From a virus, in IMG/VR virus record IMGVR_UViG_3300024496_000030, positions 1-64,000 of that record: a stretch of DNA of 64,000 nt; one strand, 5' to 3'. Below are positions 1 through 9,838 of the stretch, one piece after another. Below the pieces are notes generated by a model. That model saw only the letters and a list, made by a program, of their open reading frames with translations. It was not told where the DNA came from and did no database searches. How positions within the stretch are numbered: position 1 is the first letter of the stretch; the number at the start of each line of letters is the position of its first letter. A program made the position numbers and the translations under genes.

Positions 1-65
1 ACAAGGTTAGGGTCGGTAGCTGCGCCTGCAAGAAGAAGAGATATTGCGCTTCCTGGGATAGTCAT
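1..65 (-). CDS. 5' end of a probable tail-fibre/receptor-binding protein (runs off the window)
   Basis: ATG at 65-63 preceded by GGAGG; reads MTIPGSAISLLLAGAATDPNL, similar to the N-termini of neighbouring fibre ORFs. Confidence 0.55.
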   Translation of the reverse strand, partial: MTIPGSAISLLLAGAATDPNL

Positions 66-202
66 TTTGCTGCCTCCTGTGTATTACAAAGGTTTTGCCA
101 CAAGTCACTGTCACTACTGTTGAAACGTAAGCTGCGTTCTACGTTATAAGCTGTTGCAGTGCTACCAAGTAGCAGGGGAATAACGCTTCCTGGTGTTGAC
201 AT
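62..202 (-). pseudogene. 46-aa truncated tail-fibre N-terminal stub
   Basis: MSTPGSVIPLLLGSTATAYNVERSLRFNSSDS-DLWQ...stop; YNVxRSLRFNSSDS matches the N-terminus of the 903-aa fibre (2336-5047), then similarity ends. Confidence 0.6.
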
Positions 203-203
203 A

Positions 204-1004
204 TCAGCTTAAGTTAGTGAGCAGTTGAGTAGTAATCCGTGTAGAAGATTGAACTGCGTACAGCAAACAACTCACAGCACCAGCTGTTGAAGTAACAGTT
301 GGTGCAGTACCACCACTGAAATCCCAGTAGCTGTCATAAGCAAGCGTACGTCCACCGGTACCATCTTGCGTAATCCAGATAGCACCAGATTGACCAGCAA
401 CCATATTGGTTGGATTACCTAAGGTTCTGTTCCCACCCAGGGTAACAGAGAAATGGTTAGATAGTGCAAAGTTAACAGCAATCGTAGAAGCATCTGTCAA
501 TGCAGTAACAGCACCACGGGTTGCTGCATCAAATGTACCAATGCCAGTGACATCAAGGGTGCCAGGTACATCAATGTTAGATGCCCACTCAACACCTGTA
601 CCTGCTGCATCGGTCTGCAGCAACTGGCGAGCAGTACCATCAGCAAGCTTACTGACTGCAATTTCAGCATTAGCTGCAATTTTTGCATCTGTAATGGTGC
701 CATCACCAATAGTGCTAACATTTAATGCATCACCTGCAAGGATGCCAAAGAATGATAAGCCTGCAGCAGGTGCAGTCGTAAATGTAATACTATTTGTACT
801 AACCGTGTAGTCAACCCCTGGCTCTTGGATAACACCACCAAGGGAGATAATTAACTGGTTAGGAGTTGCAGCTGTAACGTAATATTGACTGGTGCCAGGA
901 GGAACTGAGGTTGTAAATGTGGTTGTTGAACCGTTGAAACTTCCAGAGATATCTGTTAATTTACGCCATTCACCTCGTGCAGGAGAATTACCAACGTATG
1001 CCAC
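204..1004 (-). CDS. tail fibre/adaptor protein
   Basis: MAYVGN start, DISGSFN, GGVIQEP and C-terminal VTLGGNRTLGNPTN...GQSG.I...QD.TGGRT domain; paralogue of 5063-5995. Confidence 0.75.
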   Translation of the reverse strand: MAYVGNSPARGEWRKLTDISGSFNGSTTTFTTSVPPGTSQYYVTAATPNQLIISLGGVIQEPGVDYTVSTNSITFTTAPAAGLSFFGILAGDALNVSTIGDGTITDAKIAANAEIAVSKLADGTARQLLQTDAAGTGVEWASNIDVPGTLDVTGIGTFDAATRGAVTALTDASTIAVNFALSNHFSVTLGGNRTLGNPTNMVAGQSGAIWITQDGTGGRTLAYDSYWDFSGGTAPTVTSTAGAVSCLLYAVQSSTRITTQLLTNLS

Positions 1005-1044
1005 GTTTTACCAACCAAAGCTATTTATATTTTAGTTTACCTCA

Positions 1045-1575
1045 TTAGAAGACTGTTGGCTCTTCTTCAGAAGATGCAACAGGCTCATCACCAGCAGGTA
1101 CATCAGCTGGAGGAGTAGGAGGATTCAGCTGGGGCCAAGCGGAGTAATCAGGACCGGTGACATAAGCAGCAAGCTCATCGGTTGTCTTGGTCTGCTCCAG
1201 TTCATAAACTTTGCTACCAGCAGCCAAACGAAGGGATTCCCGCCAGGTCTTGTACTCAGCCAGCATGGGAATCCCGTTATCCATCTCACGGATCACCATC
1301 CAGTCGGAGGGAGAGAGTAGGGTATTGGCAGTAGTGCGGGTCTGATCACTCCACTGTTGCACCAGCTGGGCGTGATCTTTAGGAATGAGCTGACCGTCTT
1401 GATCGTAACCCCAATAGAAACGTTGATCGTAGGAAGGCGGGTCAGGAACTTCTTGGATTCCAATTGCCGTGCGTTCTTCTGGAGTTGCTAAACGCAGCCA
1501 GTTAGCAGGATAGTGAACACCGTCATGAGTAAACGCCACATCTGGCGATAACGGACGGCCATCCAAGATAAACAT
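1045..1575 (-). CDS. tail fibre assembly/chaperone-like protein
   Basis: YPANWLRL...ERTAIGI...YDQRFYW and LLSPSDWMVIR motifs common downstream of cyanophage fibres. Confidence 0.65.
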   Translation of the reverse strand: MFILDGRPLSPDVAFTHDGVHYPANWLRLATPEERTAIGIQEVPDPPSYDQRFYWGYDQDGQLIPKDHAQLVQQWSDQTRTTANTLLSPSDWMVIREMDNGIPMLAEYKTWRESLRLAAGSKVYELEQTKTTDELAAYVTGPDYSAWPQLNPPTPPADVPAGDEPVASSEEEPTVF

Positions 1576-1611
1576 AAAACGCGTGCTCCTAATGTACTTA
1601 TTGTACCGCAG

Positions 1612-2346
1612 TTAAATAAAAGCCAGCAGGTGAGTAACCGTGTTCACTTGTGGGGCGGGTTGGAAACACTCAGTCCAGCCCCCAAAATCAATAGTTGGCG
1701 TGTAGCGGTAGCGTCTGATCGCTTGCTTCAGATCTTTCTCCAGTAAGTACGCACAGTAGAAAGTGGTTTCGACGTACTCGCTTTCCACCAGTTCGTACGG
1801 GATTTGATACATCCGCTTTTCAACGGTGCGGCGAGTGATGCCAATCTTCCAAAATTCTTCACCGTCTTGACGTAGCCTCAGCAAGTACACCTTGCAGGGC
1901 ACATTCTTAAGGTCTGGGCGAGCATCAAAAAACTCCTCAGTCAAATAGCCGTGGCTGCCGATGCTGCACTGCGGACACTGGTTGACGCCATAAATTGCTT
2001 TTTCGGCTTTGGTTTCAAACTCGTGCTCGCACTCTTGGCAACGGAACCAAGCATCTTTCTGGATGCCGTTGAAGCCACGCAGGTAGTCGAAGCCGAACTC
2101 AGCGCACTTTTGGCGCACTTGGTCTTCCGTAAGTTTTGCTTTTGCGTTGTTAGTACGTCGTGTTTCTTCCGCCCCACAGCCGCAGCTTTTGCTTTTGCCG
2201 GTGGTCAAGTTACTGGCTTGCATTACTTTTGCATTACCGCAATCACACTCGCAGTGCCATCTGGTTTGCCAGCGAGGACCACTGGGCGCACGACGCAAAA
2301 CGCGTAGCCTGCCAAAACGTTGTCCAGCGAGATCGTTAACGGGCAC
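1612..2346 (-). mobile_element. free-standing homing-endonuclease-like gene (GIY-YIG/T5orf172-like C-terminus)
   Basis: Probable GTG start at 2346; DLAGQRFGRL..WHCECDCG..KSCGC N-domain, CxxC..CPxC zinc ribbon, KVYLLRL..WKIGITRRTVEKR..GWTECF. Confidence 0.65.
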
Positions 2347-5047
2347 GACTGTAATTAAACGGACTTTCCGCCCAAGCAAAACCAATATAAGTAGCTGCGT
2401 TGGAGTTGACGCTTGCGTCAGTTGTCCGCAGCTTGAAGCCGTTACTGGTGATGTCAAGCAGATCGGCGGTGCCTTCTGCGTCGGACAAGTTTGGATACAG
2501 CGGATCGTTGTCCACGTTGTAACCTTCGCGGGCTGTGTCTACCAATGTCCAGTTGCCAGTTGTACTGGAACATTTCAAAAGAATTAGACGCGGACGGAAT
2601 CCCAGATACACAAAGCTGCCATCTGTCGATCCATTGCCTGTGTAACTGAACCCATTACTGTACCCGACTACTGTGCTCCAGAGATATGCAATGTAATTCG
2701 TACTTGCAGCGTTTAAGTTATTCGTTGCGTTGTTGGTCACCATGAACTGGGTCGATGACCAGTTGCCGGTGCCAAACGGTGAGTTGGTGTTGGTGGACGA
2801 TGCCGTGCCATCCGTCTGGTTGCACTTCAGAAAATGGGTGGTGCTGGCCAGAGACCGGTGCCAGATGTAGAAGCTGCCGCTGCTGCGAGACTTGATCCAT
2901 GCCATGTCCACGGCCACGCCAAGAGAATGGCTGATGTTGCGGTTGCTGGTGTTGTCGCCTGCATACCCAACAATGTCAAACCCAGCCGTAACGCTCTCGT
3001 TCCAGCACCAGGCCACGCTGTTACCTGATGGAGCCGAGTAGGTGCCTTCTGCCGCATCGCTACTGGTGCTGATGATGGCGTTACCGCCACGGGTGGTGTC
3101 GAGCAACTGATGGTTGGTGCTGTTGTTGGCGCGGTCCTTAATCCAGATCAGGTCACCACCAAAGGTGAGCGCTTCTGCCGTCGAGCGGATATTGGCACCC
3201 GTGTCGGTAACAACTTGGAATTGCGTAGAAGGCTTTGTGACTAGTGGCGCCGGGAGGTTTGCGGTGCAGAGGGCTTTGAAGCCGCTGGGAGCGGTGTAGG
3301 CGAAACTACGAGCGCCTGTGTTTAACACGCAGCTTGTGCTCACATAGTCGTCTTTACCCCAAGAGGGGAAATAGGTTCCCGACAATCCTGAGTATGCAGG
3401 GTTAGTGCCAGTAGCAGGGTTTCCGCTTTCTTGCCAGGTTCCATTCTTTGAGAAGAATATCCTGCCAGCATCAAGATCAAGGGCCACCCCAACTACGTCA
3501 CCGTTAGTGTAAGTGCTGTAGCCTGTAGTTGTGTTGCTATTGTTATTTGCCTTGTAGCCACCTGATGCGTAAGCGTAAGCCGTTGAAGCACTGCCGAGAA
3601 AAGTCGAAAGGCTGCTGTCGCTTCTAGTGACACCAGTGCGGCAGGTTCCAGTAGATGTGATCGCAACCTCGAAATACCATTTCCCGCTACTCACTCCAAT
3701 TGTTCCCTGGGCTAGCGCATAGGAAGCAGTATTGGATTGACTCAGATCAAGATTGCCATTGCTGTAAGTTAGCTGGGCTGCAGAGTTAGCAAGCGGATTC
3801 CAAGTGCAATAGTTTCCCCTCACTTCCCCGCCCGCACCCGTATCAGTGCCGCTCGTAGTGGGAACGTCTACGAGGCTGTCGTTGCCAGCGGGAGTAATTC
3901 TAACCAACAAACTTCCATTGACATAAACTTCAAAAATGCCTGATTCGTGGCTACCTCCGACCCCGGCACTCATTCCTAAGCTGGTGAGTGTGCCGGGAGT
4001 ATTGGTTTGGTAATATTTATTATAGGCAGAGCTGTACCCATTCAGCCCATATGTCCCCGTTGCAGTTACTGCGGATCCATTGACAGATAGCACCGCTCCG
4101 GTGGCCGGATTGCCTAGCGCCCCATTGGCCATATTGCCATAGACAATTAGTAGTGAGTTGTAGGCTATAGGGGCAGTGAATGTAGCCGTGTAAGCCTGAT
4201 TGGTAGTGGAGGAATTACCCACTATTCCATCGAGTGCTCTATCAAGGTAATCTCCAGCGCCCGTGTAAGTATTTTGACTTGTGGTGGAAACACTAATATT
4301 GTTCGGCGTCCAGTTGTTGCCGTTGTTCGAGCCGTCCTTGCCCAGCGTGGTCGCGGTGTTAGACGAATTGTCCGCGAAATCGAGTTTGAACCCGTTGGTC
4401 CCGTAGGTGCCGGTGTACGCCTTGGGCACCCATACGCCTGTGGTGGCGTCGAATTGGCCAAAGCTGGTGGGGTCTAGGGCTTGGCCATCCACCAGATGCA
4501 CATCGGCCAGATAGGCATCGCAATAGCTATAGCCACTGGATCCCCATGTAGTCCCTATACGATTGTTTGAGTTCGCATAAATAAATCGACCAGTATCGTT
4601 TTGAGAGGGATAGACCGCCGTTGAAAAAGCTGTAACCCTAACCCCATTGACAAATAGCCGATAGCGATTGCTGCTTGTTGCATTAGTTGTGTCCCATACA
4701 AGGACGAAGTGATACCAGGCAGAAGGATCGCGGAATACTTGGCTTGTGGTCAGTGCAACATTGTAGCCAGGGTTTGTGACCGTAAAAGTATCGCCGGCAT
4801 CAAACTGAATGTAAGTCGCGTAGGTCGATGACCCGTCGTAGCCAGAGAATAAACAGCTTGTGGCTCCCAGTTTTGTCCGCTTGCACCACCATGAAAGTGT
4901 TGACGTTGTGTTGCTGGTGTTTGCGGATGAAACGGTGCGCCCGCAGTAGGCACTGTCACTACTATTAAATCGTAAGCTCCTGCTAACGTTGTACCCTGTG
5001 CTTTGACCGCCTGCACCCAGTAATGCAGGATTATGAAAAATCGACAT
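2336..5047 (-). CDS. tail fibre/receptor-binding protein with LamG/ConA-like and SPRY-like domains
   Basis: 903 aa, S/T/G/N-rich; FRDPSAWYHFV (LamG-like), SSGKWYFEV..GDVVGVALDLDAGRIFFSKNG (SPRY-like), C-terminal FAWAESPF. Confidence 0.8.
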   Translation of the reverse strand: MSIFHNPALLGAGGQSTGYNVSRSLRFNSSDSAYCGRTVSSANTSNTTSTLSWWCKRTKLGATSCLFSGYDGSSTYATYIQFDAGDTFTVTNPGYNVALTTSQVFRDPSAWYHFVLVWDTTNATSSNRYRLFVNGVRVTAFSTAVYPSQNDTGRFIYANSNNRIGTTWGSSGYSYCDAYLADVHLVDGQALDPTSFGQFDATTGVWVPKAYTGTYGTNGFKLDFADNSSNTATTLGKDGSNNGNNWTPNNISVSTTSQNTYTGAGDYLDRALDGIVGNSSTTNQAYTATFTAPIAYNSLLIVYGNMANGALGNPATGAVLSVNGSAVTATGTYGLNGYSSAYNKYYQTNTPGTLTSLGMSAGVGGSHESGIFEVYVNGSLLVRITPAGNDSLVDVPTTSGTDTGAGGEVRGNYCTWNPLANSAAQLTYSNGNLDLSQSNTASYALAQGTIGVSSGKWYFEVAITSTGTCRTGVTRSDSSLSTFLGSASTAYAYASGGYKANNNSNTTTGYSTYTNGDVVGVALDLDAGRIFFSKNGTWQESGNPATGTNPAYSGLSGTYFPSWGKDDYVSTSCVLNTGARSFAYTAPSGFKALCTANLPAPLVTKPSTQFQVVTDTGANIRSTAEALTFGGDLIWIKDRANNSTNHQLLDTTRGGNAIISTSSDAAEGTYSAPSGNSVAWCWNESVTAGFDIVGYAGDNTSNRNISHSLGVAVDMAWIKSRSSGSFYIWHRSLASTTHFLKCNQTDGTASSTNTNSPFGTGNWSSTQFMVTNNATNNLNAASTNYIAYLWSTVVGYSNGFSYTGNGSTDGSFVYLGFRPRLILLKCSSTTGNWTLVDTAREGYNVDNDPLYPNLSDAEGTADLLDITSNGFKLRTTDASVNSNAATYIGFAWAESPFNYSRAR

Positions 5048-5062
5048 GATATAAATTCCTAA

Positions 5063-5995
5063 TCAAGAATAGTTAGCAGTAAACACAGTATGGATACTGG
5101 TGCTGCTACGAACCACATAATCTACGCGATCTACTGCATTAGCACTACTGGAAAGAGTAGGCGCTGCCCCTGCCGGGAAATCCCAGTAGCTTCCCCAGGT
5201 CACAGTTCGTCCGCCAGTTGCATCCTGCACTAGGAAGATAGATCCGCTTTGCCCTGCTGTCAAGTTCGTTGGGTTAGCAATAGATCGGTTGCCGCCAAGT
5301 GTAACCGTGAAGTTGCAATTAGCTGCAAAGTCAGGAGTAATAGTTGCACCATCTGTCAAAGTTCCAATTTCTGCAACAGCTCCATTCTTAACTGTTACAA
5401 CACCGCTGGAGCCAACACTAAAACGCAGGCTGCCACCAGTAGCAATGCCAATCTGATCAGCACCAGGGCTGTACAAACCTGTATTAACATCACCAGTAAA
5501 CGTATAAGATGGTGCACCAGCAGTGCCTAAGTTATTAGAAAGCTGACCTGCGCTACTAACACTAAACCTTAAAACACCAGCTGTACTGAACCCAAGTTCG
5601 TTAGCAGCAGGGTTATAGATGCCCGTATCAAGGTCTGCATCAAAGGTAATACTAGGAACTGCTGCACTACCACTTGGGAAATTTGCTCCTACGTTAACAT
5701 AATCAGAACCAGCAAGGATAACACCGAAGAAATCAGCACCCGTACTTGGAGCCGATGCAAAAATAATATTGCCACCACTTAAACGGAACCCTTCTGTACC
5801 GCTATCATCAGGACGCTGTACAACACCACCAACAGAAATTAAACATTGTTGGGAGTTTAACGGAGGTGGAACTGGAGCAGCCCCGTTAACACGTAAAGGA
5901 AAACTGGTAGTACTACTGTTAAACGATCCACTAATATCGTCAATATTCCGATAGGTAGGATATGCTACCTGCAGGTCGTTACCAAGATACGCCAC
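5063..5995 (-). CDS. tail fibre/adaptor protein
   Basis: Paralogue of 204-1004; PS.TF..D.(D/N)TG.Y.P.A repeats. Confidence 0.75.
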   Translation of the reverse strand: MAYLGNDLQVAYPTYRNIDDISGSFNSSTTSFPLRVNGAAPVPPPLNSQQCLISVGGVVQRPDDSGTEGFRLSGGNIIFASAPSTGADFFGVILAGSDYVNVGANFPSGSAAVPSITFDADLDTGIYNPAANELGFSTAGVLRFSVSSAGQLSNNLGTAGAPSYTFTGDVNTGLYSPGADQIGIATGGSLRFSVGSSGVVTVKNGAVAEIGTLTDGATITPDFAANCNFTVTLGGNRSIANPTNLTAGQSGSIFLVQDATGGRTVTWGSYWDFPAGAAPTLSSSANAVDRVDYVVRSSTSIHTVFTANYS

Positions 5996-6018
5996 AGTTT
6001 TTCTTTAGTCAATAATTG

Positions 6019-6366
6019 TTATTCTACTGGAGTTGTATTAGGACCAGCAGTAGAAGGTGCTTCAGGCCACTTGATCTGTTGTGGCTCATATCCTTTATAG
6101 GTTTGAGGAAGATCACGTAGGATTTGCCGATATCGTGACCACTCTCGTTGATCAACCGTGCATCCTGTTGTCATGGTCCAATCGGTTTGCTCCAGCAGAA
6201 CATCCCGTTTAATTCGGACTTCCTCCCAAGTGGCTGGTTCAGCTGCTACAGCTGCATCATCAGCTTGCAGTTTACCTAATTGGAAATAGATGATCTTTAA
6301 TTCAGCTTCTATTTCTTGTAAACGTTGTTCTAAAACTGCAATGCCGTAATTAGTTGTTAGGCCCAT
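6019..6366 (-). CDS. phage tail (fibre) assembly chaperone
   Basis: WEEVRIKRDVLLEQTDWT...WSRYRQILRDLPQ...WP motif. Confidence 0.75.
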   Translation of the reverse strand: MGLTTNYGIAVLEQRLQEIEAELKIIYFQLGKLQADDAAVAAEPATWEEVRIKRDVLLEQTDWTMTTGCTVDQREWSRYRQILRDLPQTYKGYEPQQIKWPEAPSTAGPNTTPVE

Positions 6367-6368
6367 TG

Positions 6369-6713
6369 TTATGGCGTTTGCTCAAGGTAGCTAACAACAA
6401 CATCAAGAGCTGATGCTGTATCAGAACGCGCCTGTAATTTATCGCCTGACTGCAAAATAACTTTATTACCGTTGACCAATTCTAAGGAGGAACCCGCAGG
6501 CACTGGTGCGTTCCGAATTAAGTAAACATCGTCACCACTGTTTCGGTTTAAATAAACATCAACATTGGCACTGCTTCCAGTCTTATTGGAAACTAGAACA
6601 CTGAGGATGATCAGTGTTGCAGTGCCACCTGACGTAACGACAACAGCAGTCGGATCTGTAATGACAGCAGTAACCAGACTGGATTTGGTGTCGTTTTTAA
6701 ACGTATTTGCCAT
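6369..6713 (-). CDS. small beta-rich virion structural protein
   Basis: MANTFKN..VPAGSSLELV.GNKVIL..GD.L..S.LE family; located in the tail module. Confidence 0.6.
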   Translation of the reverse strand: MANTFKNDTKSSLVTAVITDPTAVVVTSGGTATLIILSVLVSNKTGSSANVDVYLNRNSGDDVYLIRNAPVPAGSSLELVNGNKVILQSGDKLQARSDTASALDVVVSYLEQTP

Positions 6714-6714
6714 G

Positions 6715-7119
6715 TCAACCTAAGGCAACAATAAGAGGAATGTTGTCAACGTTTGTGAACGAACCGCTAACTGTCAAGCTACCGGCAATCGAAACGTTCC
6801 CGCTAAACAGTGCGGTACCTGATGAATCTATTGTAACGCGGGCAACACCACCCGTTACGATAGAGATTTGGTCAGGACCACTGCTCAGTAAGCCTGTATT
6901 GGGATCATTTGCAAACTTCAAGGCACAGCTTGACAGGCTGCCTGGTGAGAGGCGCATGTTGGTGCCATCCTCCCGGAGGAGAGGAAAGCCACCAGCACTT
7001 ACACCATCATGAACAACACAAATGTTCTGTGATGTATCAACGGTAACTTCACCTAAGGCACCAATAAAGCCAGCTGTTTCAGCTGTTGTGCCTCTTCTGA
7101 ACTGTACTTGTGTTGACAT
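6715..7119 (-). CDS. virion protein with Mtd-N-like domain
   Basis: MSTQVQFRRGTTAE..F.GA.GEVTVDT..VHDG..GGFPL; ends IVALG. Confidence 0.65.
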   Translation of the reverse strand: MSTQVQFRRGTTAETAGFIGALGEVTVDTSQNICVVHDGVSAGGFPLLREDGTNMRLSPGSLSSCALKFANDPNTGLLSSGPDQISIVTGGVARVTIDSSGTALFSGNVSIAGSLTVSGSFTNVDNIPLIVALG

Positions 7120-7123
7120 AGTT

Positions 7124-8563
7124 TTATCCTAATGCAATTGCAATTGCAGTAGCAAAGTCCTGAGTAGCGGCAGTACCTGTTTCATCAGGCAGCGTAAATG
7201 TGCGATCAGCCGTTGGATTTGCTGGAGCTAATACCGTTTCAAAGGCATCAACACCAGAACCTTCAAAGGTGATGCCAGAAGAATCCAGAACAATGCTGTT
7301 AGCTGTACCAACAGCCTTAACATAAATAGCATCTGAAGTTAACGAAAGTAAACCCGCAACTGTTGTGGTTGTACTGCCTAATGCAACAGATGTTGAACCA
7401 AGCGTAAAGCTGGAGTTCTGCAGTTGGCTGTTGGGAATGGCGCTGGTGCCAAACTCACCTGTGCTGCTGTTGTAGGTTAAACCGGAACCAACAGCAACAC
7501 TGAAGTGAGCGCGTGCTTCGCTAGCAGATGGACCTGTGTATGTAATAACGCCAGTGGTGTTGTTATAGCTAAGAGAACCATCACCACCGCTGTCTGTAAC
7601 GCTAATTGCCAGGCGGGAGCGGGTATTGGTGTAATAAAGATTGGTGTTCTCAGGAACAACGCTGGTATCTAAAGTTGTTGCAACAGCTTGATTACTGACA
7701 TTACCTAAAAAGATACGTCCACTATTGAGGTTGGGAGTAGCGTTAGTACGACCCGGACCAAGAACAAGAACACGACCATTAACACCAACATCAGTAACCT
7801 TACCGATGTTTTGAATTAAGTTTCCCTCTCCAGTTGGAGGCGTTGTTGTAAACGTACCTGGTGTTGTGCCGACATAAATTGTCTGGCCAACAGTGTAAGT
7901 ACTGGTATCAATTTGTTTTGCAATACCAATAGCAACAACACTGCCGTTATTGCCACTAGGAATCTGCTCATAGGCCAGGCCAATGGCTGGCATCTTGGCA
8001 GGATTACTGGCGTCAGCAGGGGCTACAAGCGGACGGCCGGAGGCATAACCTGCAATGTAAACTGGAGTACCACGAGGAATGGCAGAGCCAGTTTCATTAC
8101 GAACTAGCTCAATGATGGTGGCAGCAGGGCCAACGTCATAAGCAGGAGAGTTACCAAGAGCAACAGCTGTTGTAATACCAAACGCATCAATAATGTTAAT
8201 AACACTATTGGTTAACGAGGCATTTGGAATATTTGCTAAAGAATATTGGCCAGTGCTGCTGTTATAAGTAATACCCGTTGCTGTTGATGCGCTAAACAAC
8301 CCACGAACAACAGAGTCGGTAACCTGAGTAAAGGTAAAGGCGCCAGTACTGGAGTTATAAGTTAAGCTTCCAAGTCCAGTATTAGGAGCTGGATTTGTCG
8401 TTGATAACGAGATAGACCCGCGTGCACGAGTATCTGTGTAGTAAAGATTAGTACCTTCTGCTAGATCAGTTGTAGTATTACCAGCAAGATCAAGCTTATC
8501 TGTAGGAGTATTGACCTCCTGAAAATAACCGTTGACTAATGCTAGGGCTTTACGTGTTGCCAT
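7124..8563 (-). CDS. tail/fibre-like structural protein
   Basis: Repeats of EGTNLYYT..R and L.YNSSTG; ends AIALG. Confidence 0.65.
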   Translation of the reverse strand: MATRKALALVNGYFQEVNTPTDKLDLAGNTTTDLAEGTNLYYTDTRARGSISLSTTNPAPNTGLGSLTYNSSTGAFTFTQVTDSVVRGLFSASTATGITYNSSTGQYSLANIPNASLTNSVINIIDAFGITTAVALGNSPAYDVGPAATIIELVRNETGSAIPRGTPVYIAGYASGRPLVAPADASNPAKMPAIGLAYEQIPSGNNGSVVAIGIAKQIDTSTYTVGQTIYVGTTPGTFTTTPPTGEGNLIQNIGKVTDVGVNGRVLVLGPGRTNATPNLNSGRIFLGNVSNQAVATTLDTSVVPENTNLYYTNTRSRLAISVTDSGGDGSLSYNNTTGVITYTGPSASEARAHFSVAVGSGLTYNSSTGEFGTSAIPNSQLQNSSFTLGSTSVALGSTTTTVAGLLSLTSDAIYVKAVGTANSIVLDSSGITFEGSGVDAFETVLAPANPTADRTFTLPDETGTAATQDFATAIAIALG

Positions 8564-8567
8564 CTTA

Positions 8568-9095
8568 TTAGCTCAGAAGGATAGGAACTTCGGGTTTAAT
8601 GCAGAGTTGGGCAGTGCTTCCTGCCTCTCCAACCCGCGTAACAAATTGACCTGCTGTAGAAGGCGGCGTCAAGGTAATGGATCCTGCACTGGCAGCAGAT
8701 AAGAAATAAATTTCACCTTCATTCAAGCCAGAAACTGACAAAACTCCACCAACTTGAATAGTAATTGTTAGGCCAGTGCCTTTATTTTCTTTTGCAAATC
8801 CAAGGACAGTTGCTTGATCTACCGTGCCACTAGCAATTGCTTTATAAACTTTTCCGTCTGCAGAGCTAACATAAACAGCTTGACCTTGTACTAATGTTTC
8901 TCCTGCAATCAGATCAATCTCCAGGCTACCTGCACGCCTGGTAGGAAAACCTTCTTTTAAATCAATGAGAGCATCGACAAGACCACGGTAGTTTGGTGCA
9001 TAAGGTTCTCGTGCCATTGTTACACCTTCTCCAATCATCAGGTCAACAAGGACCGCCAGAGCACCTTCAATATTAGGTTCGTATCCGGTAGCCAC
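8568..9095 (-). CDS. virion structural protein (cement/decoration-like beta domain)
   Basis: AGETLVQGQAVYV..A..VLGFA..G.IYFLS..G motif; module context. Confidence 0.5.
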   Translation of the reverse strand: MATGYEPNIEGALAVLVDLMIGEGVTMAREPYAPNYRGLVDALIDLKEGFPTRRAGSLEIDLIAGETLVQGQAVYVSSADGKVYKAIASGTVDQATVLGFAKENKGTGLTITIQVGGVLSVSGLNEGEIYFLSAASAGSITLTPPSTAGQFVTRVGEAGSTAQLCIKPEVPILLS

Positions 9096-9168
9096 AAATT
9101 AGCCCTGCCTTAAATGTTATTCTAATTCGTTAAACCCTTTAGAATAAGTAGAGGAAAAAATTCTGTAG

Positions 9169-9417
9169 ATGACACCTGAGGTAATCATTGCAGCCATTAC
9201 CGCAGGGCTTGCGGCATTTACTGGGTTGTCAAAATCGCTTTCAACCTTTAACGAACGGATTAATGCCAGGTTTGAAAAGATTGAAAATAACTATGACCGC
9301 CTAGAGAACACGATCATTCGTGATTACGTTCTTAAGCAAGATTTTCTCAGAGAGATGCAAGCTGTTCATCAGAAACTTGATCGCATCTGGGACCATATGA
9401 TGAACCACAAGATTTAA
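9169..9417 (+). CDS. small membrane/coiled-coil protein, holin-like
   Basis: N-terminal hydrophobic helix plus coiled coil (YVLKQDF..KLDRI); own TAGAAT -10 upstream; opposite strand to the module. Confidence 0.45.
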   Translation: MTPEVIIAAITAGLAAFTGLSKSLSTFNERINARFEKIENNYDRLENTIIRDYVLKQDFLREMQAVHQKLDRIWDHMMNHKI

Positions 9418-9836
9418 ACAGCAACCCAACTAGCACTGGTGCTGTTATAGATATAGAGACCTGGAGCAGACTTGTCGTAGTGAAGCTGACCATCAACGGG
9501 GCTGCTTGGGAAACCGCTAGCTGACGTGGACACTACAGCTTTAGGCAACCGCCAGGTGCTGCCGTCATACACCTTAAAGATCTGCGTGCTTGCTGTATCT
9601 AACCAGCTTTCCCCTTTTGAAAGAGAAGTGTAACCAGTAGGTACAGCGTTAGGAGCAGTGTTGCCAACATGGATGGGGCCAACCTTAATGAGGTTGGGTG
9701 TTCCCGCGTTATCACGGAAGTACAGGCCAGGCTCAGTAGCGTTGTAATTGAGCGCAAGTTCTGCATCACCTAAACGACTGGGAAACACCCTGTCATAAAG
9801 AAGACTAGAACGTAAACGTAGGATTTGAACTGCCAT
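9414..9836 (-). CDS. tail-associated structural protein
   Basis: GESWLDT..KVYDGSTW and GQLHYD..IYN..W fibre-type motifs. Confidence 0.55.
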   Translation of the reverse strand: MAVQILRLRSSLLYDRVFPSRLGDAELALNYNATEPGLYFRDNAGTPNLIKVGPIHVGNTAPNAVPTGYTSLSKGESWLDTASTQIFKVYDGSTWRLPKAVVSTSASGFPSSPVDGQLHYDKSAPGLYIYNSTSASWVAV

Positions 9837-9838
9837 GT

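Noticed and set aside
6715-7119. Mtd-N-like domain as a sign of a diversity-generating retroelement
   Set aside because: No reverse transcriptase or TR/VR pair differing at adenines seen in the window
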